From Iphione sp. A-MEVVRFRX5 (taxonomy: Eukaryota): a DNA stretch of 64,000 bases. Where the stretch lies: positions 43,400,001 to 43,464,000 of the forward strand of contig OZ320317.1 of NCBI GenBank assembly GCA_976226885.1. Reading direction: 5' to 3'. The notes beneath the pieces are model-generated. The model ran no database searches and was not told where the DNA came from. It worked only from the letters and a program-made list of their open reading frames with translations. Shown in pieces: positions 50,301 to 59,504 of this stretch (positions are counted from its first letter, which is position 1; each line of letters opens with the position of its first letter). The translations under genes and the position numbers were made by a program.

Positions 50301-53300
50301 CATGAAGTTTATCTGTGATATTTCCCACGTATATGTGTTAATAGTTCCGCGTCCAGGTGTTCTCTACAATAACATAAAATAGCCTTATCAATAACATAGC
50401 TGACATAAAAGAACCAGGAGATGTCTGTGTGCTTCGTATTAGAAATCAGTCTGCAATACGACTGCATCCCAAACTCGAGCGCTTTCAGGAAGAACCAATG
50501 GTAGTTGCAGTGGGGAGAGTCAATAGATTATTTACCTGATATGTAGTAGATAAGGTACGAGTCCGAGACATTACGGGCAATAACGGACGAGCTTCGTGGA
50601 GCGACGAGTCTGTTATTGTTCCCGTAATGTCAAGGACGAGTTACCTTATTTAATTTAAACTACCCCCTCCCACAACTGAATGATGTACCGACTCAGTCAA
50701 GAAGATTGGGTCCACCGAGGCGACAGCCGAGGTGGCCATTGAAGTGGGTGGGCCCCATATCAAGAATGGGTCCACCGAGGCGGTAGCCGAGGTGTGAAGG
50801 TTTGTACATCAAAGGAACACACAGTCATACCATGTAAAAGATTATCTAATTTGTATATAATTTGCATTAAAAAACTTGGTTTACACAGATTTGGACAGAA
50901 TTCCTTGAGATCTATGGAAAAACTTCGTAGTTTACACAGATATGGATGGAATTCCATGAGATCTGTGCAAAAAACTCAAAGTTTACACAGATTTGGATGG
51001 AATTCCTTGAGATCTATGAAAAAACTCATAGTTTACACAGATTTGGACGGAATTCTTTGAGATCAGTGTTACCCCACCTGTTACCTAGACTGTCACCAGT
51101 GGCAAATAACACTCCCCTAGTGGTGAAAGTAAGGGTCCACCCAGGCGGTCGTCAGTTAATGCGGACTCAGTGGCCGAATGGATAAGAGTCTGTGATCAAC
51201 GGTTGCGCTTTAGTGCCCACAAAGTCCCCGGCTGTCCACCCTCTTGCATACTCTAAATAACCCACACCTGACAAGAGTGTGTCCTCTGTGGCGCAGTGGA
51301 TAAGAGCTCTGGGTGCTAGACAGAGGAGACCTGTGTGGGTTCGAGTCCCCTCAAGAACTACACCACGAAAAAGAGCATGAATACAAAGTCAGAAAGAAAT
51401 CACATCCGTATAATAAGGAATCAACAGTAACATTACGTGAAATAACTGACTTGGGGGGATGGTAGGAACATAGAGAGAGAGGGGCGGCAGGGGTGGTTTA
51501 AGTAATATAATCCGCCTGCTCAAACAACACCACATCTGGTAAGTTTATATACTACTTGGCGGCTGTATGACTTTGAAACAATTGACAGATTTGAAATAGT
51601 TTATGGCTATCATTCGTTAGCATTGTGAAGTCTCCGTTCAACAAATTGTATTGGTTGTGGCACGGTGTAGAAAATACATGTAGTTATATGAATTGTTATG
51701 TATTGTTATGTATTTTTTCACAATGCTAGTTTTCCTTTCCTTTATCGTCTCAACTTTGATCTCTCTCTTGCACCACCTTTCCCTTCCTGCTTACATATCA
51801 TTCTCCCTAATTATTCAATTTTCTTTCCCTTTCTCTTTTATTGCTTTATATGTCTTCCTTCCTCTCTGTTCGTGTCCCCTATTTACTTTTTTCTCTTTAT
51901 TTCTATTGCCACCAGTTTTCCCCTTATCCACCTCTCCTTTACCCCCTCCTTTCTCTGTTTTCATTCTTCCTCAGAGTGAACTGAAAATGATGTGGGTCCA
52001 AAAAATTCCAAAGCGATTGACCAAGATGATTAACATTTAAAAAGAAGCTAAGGTCCGAACTGTTTATATTAGAAACCTGAGCCTCGTATCAGTGGAGATC
52101 AGGTCCTTCGTTAGAAGGTGACCTGATCTCCACCATATATGAAAGGGGCAAAACACATGTCATGCATGTCGAAGGTTTTTTATGGTTGTTGGAGAGGAGG
52201 GGGCTGATGGGGGGGGGGTTGTGGCAGATCTCCAAATTGTATGTGTTTTGGATGGAAGTTTTCTTGACCTTTTACTGTATTTCAATACATAGGAATCCGT
52301 GGTGGAGATTGAGTATGTTGAACAGCGACCTGCGCCAGAACCAGAGGACTCACTGGTCCATGATGACTGGGTCAGCGCTATTCGTGCCTCAGGAGATTAG
52401 TAAGTACTAGATGGTTAATTAGATTATACTTTAAATATGCCTCTACATGTATGTATCTTATGGACAGAAATTCCACTTAACTTGTACAAATGCTGAACTA
52501 TGGATTTTTCTGTCCCATGAAGCATCCTGACAGGCTCTTATGACTACGCTGTGCGAGTGTGGAACACAGAGGGAGATGCCCTCATCACCATCCCTGGTCA
52601 CACGGGTCCCGTCAAGTGTGTAGCATGGATTAAACAAGGTACGTTCAGACAGCAAGGTCTGCCCTGCTTTGAAAATCATGATCCTACCTTTAAGTGTCTG
52701 TGTCTCTTGTCTCCCTGTTGGCCATCCCTCCTTCCCATGTTATCACTGTCGTTTTTCCTGTCGTTTTCCCTTCTCTGTCTGTTTCTCTCACTGTCTTTCT
52801 GTTTCTGTCTGTCTCTTTCCCTTGCTCTCGAACAGTCTCTCACACTGTTTGTCCACCGGGCTATTTATCCTTCTTTAACTCATTTACTTCCATTTATCTT
52901 TTTGAGAGTCATTATCTTCCATGTATCTTTCCTTTGCTAAGTTAGAAACGTCACTAATTCGTCTCTCACCTCCGTAACTCGCTAGTGTTTTTGTGGACAC
53001 CTTTTTATCAGTTGCCTCTGCTCGTCTGTCCATAAATACTGCCTCAGTCGTAAGTTGCTAATGTCTCACGTACAAGTTCCCTGATGATAAGTGCATCACT
53101 GCTTTTTACTTATCGTGAGCTCCTTATTTTTTTATATTATTAGCCATGGTATTTCTCTCCCCTTCTAGTTGATGAAGATCCCAGTCACCGGTTCATCACT
53201 GGCTCCCACGACTCTTCGCTCCTGGTGTGGGAGTGGCACCAACAGAGGAATGCTGTCGACTGTGTCCACACGTGTCGGGGACATGCAGGCAGTGTGGACT

Positions 53301-53329
53301 GTGTAGCTGTAGATCCTACGAAGACCAAG
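41286..53329 (+). CDS. WDR12: Ribosome biogenesis protein WDR12/YTM1, 5' part only; join(41286-41344, 49471-49559, 49827-49927, 52293-52399, 52523-52638, 53169-53329), 211 codons, 3' incomplete
   Basis: All junctions GT-AG and in phase. N-terminal ubiquitin-like (NLE) region (VQAKFFT...[11 protein letters not shown]...[11 protein letters not shown]...[10 protein letters not shown]) then WD40 repeats ([45 protein letters not shown]). Confidence 0.96.
41979..42527. mobile_element. hAT-like MITE
   Basis: Perfect 13 bp TIRs CAGGGTCCCCACT / AGTGGGGACCCTG; subterminal CAGGGAAAA repeats; TCTAGT directly on both sides (6 bp rather than the usual 8 bp). Confidence 0.8.
46624..47112 (+). mobile_element. 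Solo LTR inserted in the gag of the Gypsy-derived element
   Basis: TGTAACA...TGTTACA termini, TATATA box near 46992, polyA-like GACTAAAG before a U5-like end; CCA on both flanks (3 bp, shorter than typical). Confidence 0.7.
47379..47396 (-). other. Primer-binding site, probably tRNA-Leu
   Basis: TGGTGGCACCGGTGGTAT lies 1 nt after the LTR end and differs at 2 positions from TGGTGGCAGCGGTGGGAT, the complement of the tRNA-Leu 3' end as I recall it. Confidence 0.65.
47701..49075. mobile_element. Tc1/mariner-type non-autonomous element containing a nested HINE and internal repeats
   Basis: TA|CAGTACACTCTCT...GGGAGTGAACTG|TA; matching subterminal GTCCGCATT-GAGACG motifs; 31 bp x3 array at about 47935-48025 and about 66 bp x2 at 48040-48150. 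Confidence 0.75.
48339..48977 (+). mobile_element. Helentron-associated (HINE/DINE-1-like) element, copy A (spans an N gap)
   Basis: 5' subTIR TTGTCCCCCGCC folding with a nearby GGGGGGACA; 3' subTIR GGCGGGGGACAA followed by the small hairpin GACCTCACAGGTC; near-identical to 56232-57403. Confidence 0.75.
49471..49559 (+). CDS. WDR12: WDR12 exon 2 ([29 protein letters not shown])
   Basis: TTCCCTGCAG| and |GTAGGC; phase 2 to 1. Confidence 0.94.
49827..49927 (+). CDS. WDR12: WDR12 exon 3 ([34 protein letters not shown])
   Basis: TTCTCTTTAG| and |GTAAAA; FDFLI motif. Confidence 0.95.
50870..51063 (-). repeat. Same 43-44 bp repeat family, inverted, about 4.5 units
   Basis: GTTTACACAGATTTGGATGGAATTCCTTGAGATC units are the reverse complement of the 20229-20480 unit; the flanking ATGCAAATNATATACAAA block is also shared. 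Confidence 0.88.
51281..51358 (+). pseudogene. tRNA-Arg-like pseudogene or SINE head
   Basis: GTCCTCTGTGGCGCAGTGGATAAG...GGGTTCGAGTCCC has clear A and B boxes and resembles eukaryotic tRNA-Arg, but the acceptor and anticodon stems do not close. A second A-box-like copy lies at about 51163. Confidence 0.6.
52293..52399 (+). CDS. WDR12: WDR12 exon 4 ([35 protein letters not shown])
   Basis: ACATAG| and |GTAAGT. Confidence 0.96.
52523..52638 (+). CDS. WDR12: WDR12 exon 5 ([39 protein letters not shown])
   Basis: ATGAAG| and |GTACGT; WD40 repeat. Confidence 0.96.
53169..53329 (+). CDS. WDR12: WDR12 exon 6 ([23 protein letters not shown]...[17 protein letters not shown])
   Basis: CCTTCTAG| and |GTGAGT; WD40 repeat. 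Confidence 0.96.
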
Positions 53330-54948
53330 GTGAGTGCTGACCTCTCTTTCCACATACAGTGGAATTAGTGTTACATAGTCAGATCTTGCTACATTGAGTC
53401 ACTAGTGTTCCCAAAATTTTCTCTCAAATGGTGAGTAATCTGAAATGCTCAATAAATAGTGGTAATATTAAAACTAGTGTGACTTTATATTCAAAGCGTT
53501 GAAGAATTGGAAGCTTTGAAAGTAGCGAGGTCTGATCTTATAAGTTTGGTGTAATGCTTGTGACATTTCAAACTTTTACAAATTTTAAACATGAATTGGG
53601 CTATGGATTAGGTAGGTTACAGATCTGAAAAGGCGATGGGTTCATAGAAGTATTACTCATCCTGTAGCAACCAGCCGAAGGTTAACTTCTTTTCACCTTG
53701 CACAAGTCGAATATGGAATGAATTACCTCAGAGTGACTCATAAAGTACTCCTAGTCGATAGACTCTCGACAAGTTAACAAGCCAATAGTCCATTTTGTCT
53801 TTTTATATACTATAGATTTAGTTGGTCATATTAGAGATCCACTTTACTTGTTTCCTGGTCCTCCTTCCTACAAGATTTGGTGAATCCAAGTGGGTTCGTC
53901 AGGTACAAGCTAGACAACTTTGCGTGTACAACTTTGACGTGTTGTAACTCGCTTGGAAACAGGGTAGCTTTATGACTGAATATTTTCGCCTTTTTCATGT
54001 GTACATGTATATTGTTATGGACTACGGTCTGACAGTTGGGTTGATAATAGATTTTTTTCTTAACTGTGCAAACATGAAGAGCATCAAATTGCACATATTG
54101 AGAGAGAGACTACAGATCTTAAGACGCGCACAGAGATCCTTGAACACAACTGTACTGGCCTTGTTAGTTTGCCCCAAACAAGAACAGTATTAACATCCCT
54201 TGTCCTTGACAAATGGTATTAATCACAGTTGAATGTGTACTTTTGAGTACAAACTAAATGGGGCGCCCTGCAAACTATAACGGACATGCCTTATGCAAAC
54301 AAGCACATGTCAAAATGACCACGAAAAAAACTTTTTCTGATCAGGTGACCCTATCATGACAGCAGCATTCTCTCAACTGACAGCACCCATTTTTAACTGC
54401 AGTCAGATCCACGGTGGTATAAACTAGCAAGGTTGTTGCCACATATAGAATAGTAGTGTTGATACATGAGTCAGGGTGTTCAGCATTCAGGTTGAGCAAT
54501 TGGGCCGAGCCAGGAGTCTCGAGGCCCAATCATTTGCAGTGGAGCTCTCGGTATTACATGTGTGACGGTTGGTTTGAGGGAAAGGTAGTTTCGTAATCAG
54601 GTGAAAGAAGCCTGGCGGGGACCCTTGCAAAATGGTGAATGGGTCAAGGTAAGGTGGTCTGCTGATTGGTGGGCGGCATGGCAGCACTCGGGTGATAAAA
54701 AAATTACTGACGAATAACATATCAGCTCATGGAGTCGAAACCAATTTTCCTACTGTCAAACCAATATAGTGTTTAACTCGGACATGTTTAGCAGATGATG
54801 TCACATTCACTTCATGATCTGGAGTCATAGTCATCCCATACCCCCCTTTAGGTAAGACTTGTCATACCTCTGCATTGAAGTCAGTGACAATGTTATGTAT
54901 GTATCAGTGTTAGCACTGACCCAGATGGCCGGATAACCATATCTATTT

Positions 54949-55397
54949 GGCTGATTCTACCAATTTTTGTACCAGTCTCGGAGATTACAAAATCATGCCT
55001 TTACAATCCATATTTCATTTTATATGCAGTTCTATTTACATTTTTGGTTTCTATGATAGTCTAAAAGTCAAGTGCTCTGCAATGATATATCATTTGTATT
55101 TGTAATCCTCTTAATTTTAGATATATTAAGGGGAAATACAGGATTTTTTAGAACCATCTCAGAGATTACAGTGATATTTACATACCTAGATTCATGAAGC
55201 TCTGTATCCAACAATAATTGGAATTTAGAGAAAATTTTCTGCATATATTTACAAGAACACATGGACATTAAGTTAAGATTTTATATTAAGATAAAACATA
55301 TTAACATATGACATTAACATATTATGACCCTTTTGTTTCTGTATATGTGTTTCAAGTGTAATCTCCGAGACTGGTACAAAAATTGGTAGAATCAGTC
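54949..55397. mobile_element. MITE with about 41 bp TIRs and ATTT target duplication (Sola1-like by target site)
   Basis: 39 bp perfect inverted repeat CTGATTCTACCAATTTTTGTACCAGTCTCGGAGATTACA (54951-54989 / 55357-55395); ATTT at 54945-54948 and 55398-55401. Confidence 0.85.
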
Positions 55398-55557
55398 ATT
55401 TATGTAATCATTCTGCCTACTAAGCCTCCAGCTGTAGACACTCATAAACACGTACATTGTATTGTTAGCCACCCCCCGCCTAAAAAAATATGTGTTTCTG
55501 GTTATGACCAGCCCAAAACCTAGGTAGGGACGGGGAATCTTTTTTTTTTTTACTTCC

Positions 55558-55929
55558 CAAGCCTGTAGCCAGGAATTCTTGCAGGGGTATCTGAAATTAG
55601 AGAGGTGGAACTTCTGGTTAGAAAGGCGGAATTCCTGGTTAGAAAGATGGAACCCCTGGTTAGACAGCTGGAACTCCTGGTTAGAGAGGTGGAACTTCTG
55701 GCAAGCATTACAACCATGTAAGCTATGTTTCATGCAAAAAAACAACATATTGCCTCATTTCCTCACTTTTCCTCACAATTGTTCACCAGTTTTGCTGCTT
55801 TTCTGCTAAATTTGCATGAAATTCACAGTTTTTCCAGTCTTCTGCAGCATTTTTTTTTAAGGGTGGAACTCATAAGCCTTCTGGGGATTATTGGATGATA
55901 TCCCTGATACCCCCTTGGCTACAGGCCTG
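55558..55929. mobile_element. Non-autonomous TIR element with an internal 21-bp tandem array
   Basis: TIRs GCCTGTAGCC / GGCTACAGGC; subterminal GATACCCCCTTGG shared with 9127-9301; about 4.5 copies of GGAAYYCYTGGTTAGANAGNT at about 55604-55700. Confidence 0.6.
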
Positions 55930-56231
55930 CACCCTTCCTGGTATTCAACAGTAATAAAGACAATATGAAGAATGTCTTGCATAGGTCAGTTTTATCACTA
56001 CATGCCTTGTACTAGGGTACACAGACTACCACTTCTCCAAAAAAGATTTGTTCCTTTCTGCATTTGAGCCAGCACAATAGTAATAAACATCATATCAGCC
56101 AATGGAGGAGCTATTACATTGGTTTTCAGTGAGGTCTTCAAGGTCATCTCTCTAAAATAGGCTAAAAAAATATTTGTACTCTATGTAAATGATTCACATT
56201 GCTTTACCAAATTTTAAGATTTAAAGTCTAT

Positions 56232-57403
56232 TTGTCCCCCGCCTCATAGAGGGGGGGGACATTAGGAATGCTACCAGCTGGTGTCCCGACCATCCGTCAC
56301 ACTCTTGTGGGTCTTATAAGTCTTAAACCCTTCACTCAAAAAAACTGATTTTAATATATGATATTGGTATACAGGAGAAACTTACTTTGCGACCACCACT
56401 TGGGTCGGCCCGAAATGGTCGTAATTCTGAATATGGTCGCAAAGCAATAATTTGACTTCCCCTCTACAAAAATTTTAGGGGCTTGGCCCCCTCCCCTCTC
56501 CAAGGTGTGAGGAACATCAGAGACGTCCCCGTTGACGCCCTAGACCACTCCAGCTAACCCCTCCAAGGTGTGAGGAACATCAGAGACATCCCTGTTGACA
56601 CCCTTGACCACTGCCGACCGACCCTCTCCAAGGTGTGCGACCATCAAAGACGTCCCCCTTGACGCCTTCGACCACTGCTGACCGACCCTTGGTCGCAAAG
56701 TAAGAGTAAAATATAATGAAAACGACCCTAAGGTGTGTGGTCGTAGGCTGAATATGGTCGGAAAGCGATATGGTCGCAAAGCAATAATCACTCATATAGG
56801 AAATGTACTGAAATTAATTCCGTTCCGACCCAGAATGGTCGGAATGGGCGTTTTGGTCGTAAAGCAAGATGGTCGCAAAGTAAGTTTCTCCTGTATATGG
56901 CCCCATGGCACTGGGTAATTTTGGTAGTAATTCAAATATTTTGAAGGTGAAATTATGCCAATTTTACTCTTTTCCTAACACACCTACAAACATACATACC
57001 TGGTTCAGGGGTTCCTAGGTCTGACAATGCACATACATACATACTCAGTGCTCAGTCATGCAGAACCGAGGGTTTGTAGCAGTCTGGTGCTCAGTGAGGC
57101 AGAACCGAGGGGGCTGTGTCCGGTGAGGCAGAACCGAGAGTTGTAAACCTGAAGGACTTAAACAAGTCTAGCCAACTACCCCCAAAACAAGCTGCCAATC
57201 AAGGTGTTTGNNNNNNNNNNNNNNNNNNNNNNNNNNNNNNNNNNNNNNNNNNNNNNNNNNNNNNNNNNNNNNNNNNNNNNNNNNNNNNNNNNNNNNNNNN
57301 NNNNNNNNNNNNNNNNNNNNNNNNNNNNNNNNNNNNNNNNNCCCCCATCTTTATGGGCAGTTGATGGCGGGGGACAATAGACCTCACAGGTCCACACTCT
57401 TGT
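56232..57403 (+). mobile_element. HINE-like element, copy B (spans an N gap, carries a nested MITE)
   Basis: Same subTIR and hairpin architecture and near-identical sequence to copy A; T-rich flanks. Confidence 0.78.
56372..56893. mobile_element. Tc1/mariner-type MITE, 522 bp
   Basis: Perfect 24 bp TIRs CAGGAGAAACTTACTTTGCGACCA / TGGTCGCAAAGTAAGTTTCTCCTG; TA duplication confirmed by the empty site in HINE copy A; internal about 63 bp x3 array. Confidence 0.93.
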
Positions 57404-58202
57404 TTACATTGGCCTTGTGTATTACCCTCCTCCACTGTCTCTTACCTAAATTGTAGGCTTTCATGGCCATGATGGTATGTGTTTTGTGGAAATATGGATA
57501 ATTCCAGAACTGTTTCCCTGTACATGTACTGTGTAGAGTATACAATACATATACCATGTTTTCATGTACATGCTGCTGTGTAGGTAGGGGTGGGTAACCA
57601 GGTGATCCATATATCAGAATTTGTGTGAGGAATGCCTATCGTTTATGGTACATATGGTTCAGAGGTGATGACGTTTGAAGTAGTGTACAAGAAAAACACT
57701 GGAAGAATGTGTATGGGACATGTATTCGCAGAAGACAAGGGATTCAGCAAAGTCATCCCCTGCCATGGTTGGATAATTGTTCGCTGACTAACTGCCAAAA
57801 TGTTCTCGTTATCTCAGTTTAAGCAGGACATGTAAGTATGGGAGCACTTTCTCTTGTCGTTTGTTCTAATGTCAGGTGCCAGTAAAGCGAGTAAGCAGGT
57901 CCTACTTATTTTATTCGAATACAGCTTAAAGCTCTAATCATGTATACACCAGGTTGTTAGGAATTTTTATGCATTTTACAATAGCCTACGTTTGGCCCGC
58001 AGAAATTGTTAACATTAAAAAGTGTTACCTAGCTCATTTCGACTGAAATAATTTCCATTTACATGAGATTGTATCTGTAGAAATTAACTTGCGCCAGGAG
58101 AAACAGACTTGCTACTATAGCAGTTTATGGGATTACACAGTCAGCAGGGTGACCGTAATGACACCTTATGATGTTGATTGCACCACAGTTGTCAGATTAA
58201 TT

Positions 58203-59504
58203 TCATGTCAGTAGAGGTTCAGTGGCAGCAACTGTTGCAGCCTGTTTACCCTCTTCATGCCCACTGCCCTTCAGGTTGTTCTTCAATGGGACGACCACCG
58301 TGGGTATGTCAGTTTTGACCAAGAATACAGGCGGCGACTTGTTCGTTTTGACAGGAGGTGATGACTTCTTATTGTACTCAATGTCGCTTGTGTCAATGAA
58401 GGCACTGGGCCGTCTCCGTCTGGTGCTCAGTCCCAGTTTTCTCCCAAACGAAGCTATGGGCTGGCACTTGCACAGCACATGCACCAGCTCCTGTCGGAAC
58501 CTCCTGCTGAACACGGTGTAGACGAAGAAGTTGGCGGTGGAGTTGACGAGTAGGAAGAGGATGGCAGTGTAGAAGAACCACAGATAGGTGACCCGCCGGT
58601 AGAGGGTGGGCCGCACCGTCCAGATAACAGTCGCCACCATGTGGGGGCTCTGGAAGACCAAGAAGGCCACCACCACCGCCACCAGCATGGCCGTCGTGTC
58701 CAGCCCGCGGGTGATGGGGTAGCCCAGCTCGGCGCTGCGGCGGCGGCTCTCGCGGACAGCCAGCCCGAGGCGCACGTTCATGTAGAGAAGGCTGGCGAAG
58801 GGGATGGCCCAGAGAAGGGGCACCAGCACCCACGAATGGTAGACGTGGCGGTAGACGGCGTTCGCCCCCAAGTCTGTCAGCACATAGAGCGCCTCGGTCT
58901 TGTTGAGGCCTGGGTTGTAGTGCCAGGCTATGCTGTACTCGAAGCAGGTGGGAATGTTGTATAGGACAGCACTAATGACGACAGCGGCTATGACAGCCCG
59001 GGCACGTCGGATGGTGAAGAGGTGCTGGGCACGCATGGCATGGCACACGGCCAGGTAGCGGTCCAACGTGAGAACCACGGTCAGCCAGATGCTAGCAGAG
59101 ACAGCGGCCAGAGCGGCCGGTCGCAGTACGGGATAGATGTAAGGCAGCAGTGGCGCATCTACCAGCACGCCCACGTTCCAGTTGACCATGCTACCCAGAC
59201 TACAGAGGGCGGTGATGGTCACCAGGACGACAGCGTCCGTCACGGACAGCGCCGTCAAGAAGACGGAAGTCGTCGAGCGCAGACGACGGCGCGCCAGGAT
59301 GAGCACGCTGAACGCATTGCACAGCAAACCCGTGCCACAGACAATGTAGGTCAGAATGGACAGGATCGCCAGGAGGCGCTCCTCCCCAGGCGTAGTCACG
59401 TGGGGGCTTAGGGTGACATCCTCTCGCGAGAGACCATAGAGGCAGGAGTTGGTGGCAGCTGTTGTTGACGTGAGGTCAGACATGGTGGAGAGTGTGGAGG
59501 TCAT
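58203..59504 (-). CDS. Class A (rhodopsin-like) peptide GPCR, FMRFamide-receptor-like family, 433 aa, single coding exon
   Basis: Seven hydrophobic segments with class A motifs: TM1 GLLCN, TM2 LSVTD, TM3 LTLDRYLAVCH, TM6 FLVFQSP, TM7 NSTANFFVY (the NPxxY variant typical of invertebrate FMRFamide-receptor-like GPCRs). Acceptor TCTTACAG at 59562-59563 gives a separate 5' UTR exon. The second ATG (59483, CCACCATG) has the better Kozak context. Ligand cannot be determined from sequence. Confidence 0.95.
   Translation of the reverse strand: MTSTLSTMSDLTSTTAATNSCLYGLSREDVTLSPHVTTPGEERLLAILSILTYIVCGTGLLCNAFSVLILARRRLRSTTSVFLTALSVTDAVVLVTITALCSLGSMVNWNVGVLVDAPLLPYIYPVLRPAALAAVSASIWLTVVLTLDRYLAVCHAMRAQHLFTIRRARAVIAAVVISAVLYNIPTCFEYSIAWHYNPGLNKTEALYVLTDLGANAVYRHVYHSWVLVPLLWAIPFASLLYMNVRLGLAVRESRRRSAELGYPITRGLDTTAMLVAVVVAFLVFQSPHMVATVIWTVRPTLYRRVTYLWFFYTAILFLLVNSTANFFVYTVFSRRFRQELVHVLCKCQPIASFGRKLGLSTRRRRPSAFIDTSDIEYNKKSSPPVKTNKSPPVFLVKTDIPTVVVPLKNNLKGSGHEEGKQAATVAATEPLLT

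Noticed and set aside
51281-51358. Possible functional tRNA-Arg gene
   Set aside because: Acceptor and anticodon stems do not pair, the variable region is irregular, and no Pol III terminator follows.
48698-57456. ORFs crossing the N gaps at 48792-48930 and 57211-57341
   Set aside because: Mostly X residues, inside a non-coding HINE-like repeat.
58222-59411. Plus-strand ORFs (58222-58521, 58641-58964, 59022-59411) and the alternative minus frame 58393-58833
   Set aside because: They overlap the GC3-rich GPCR CDS; stop-poor shadow frames are expected there and carry no motifs.
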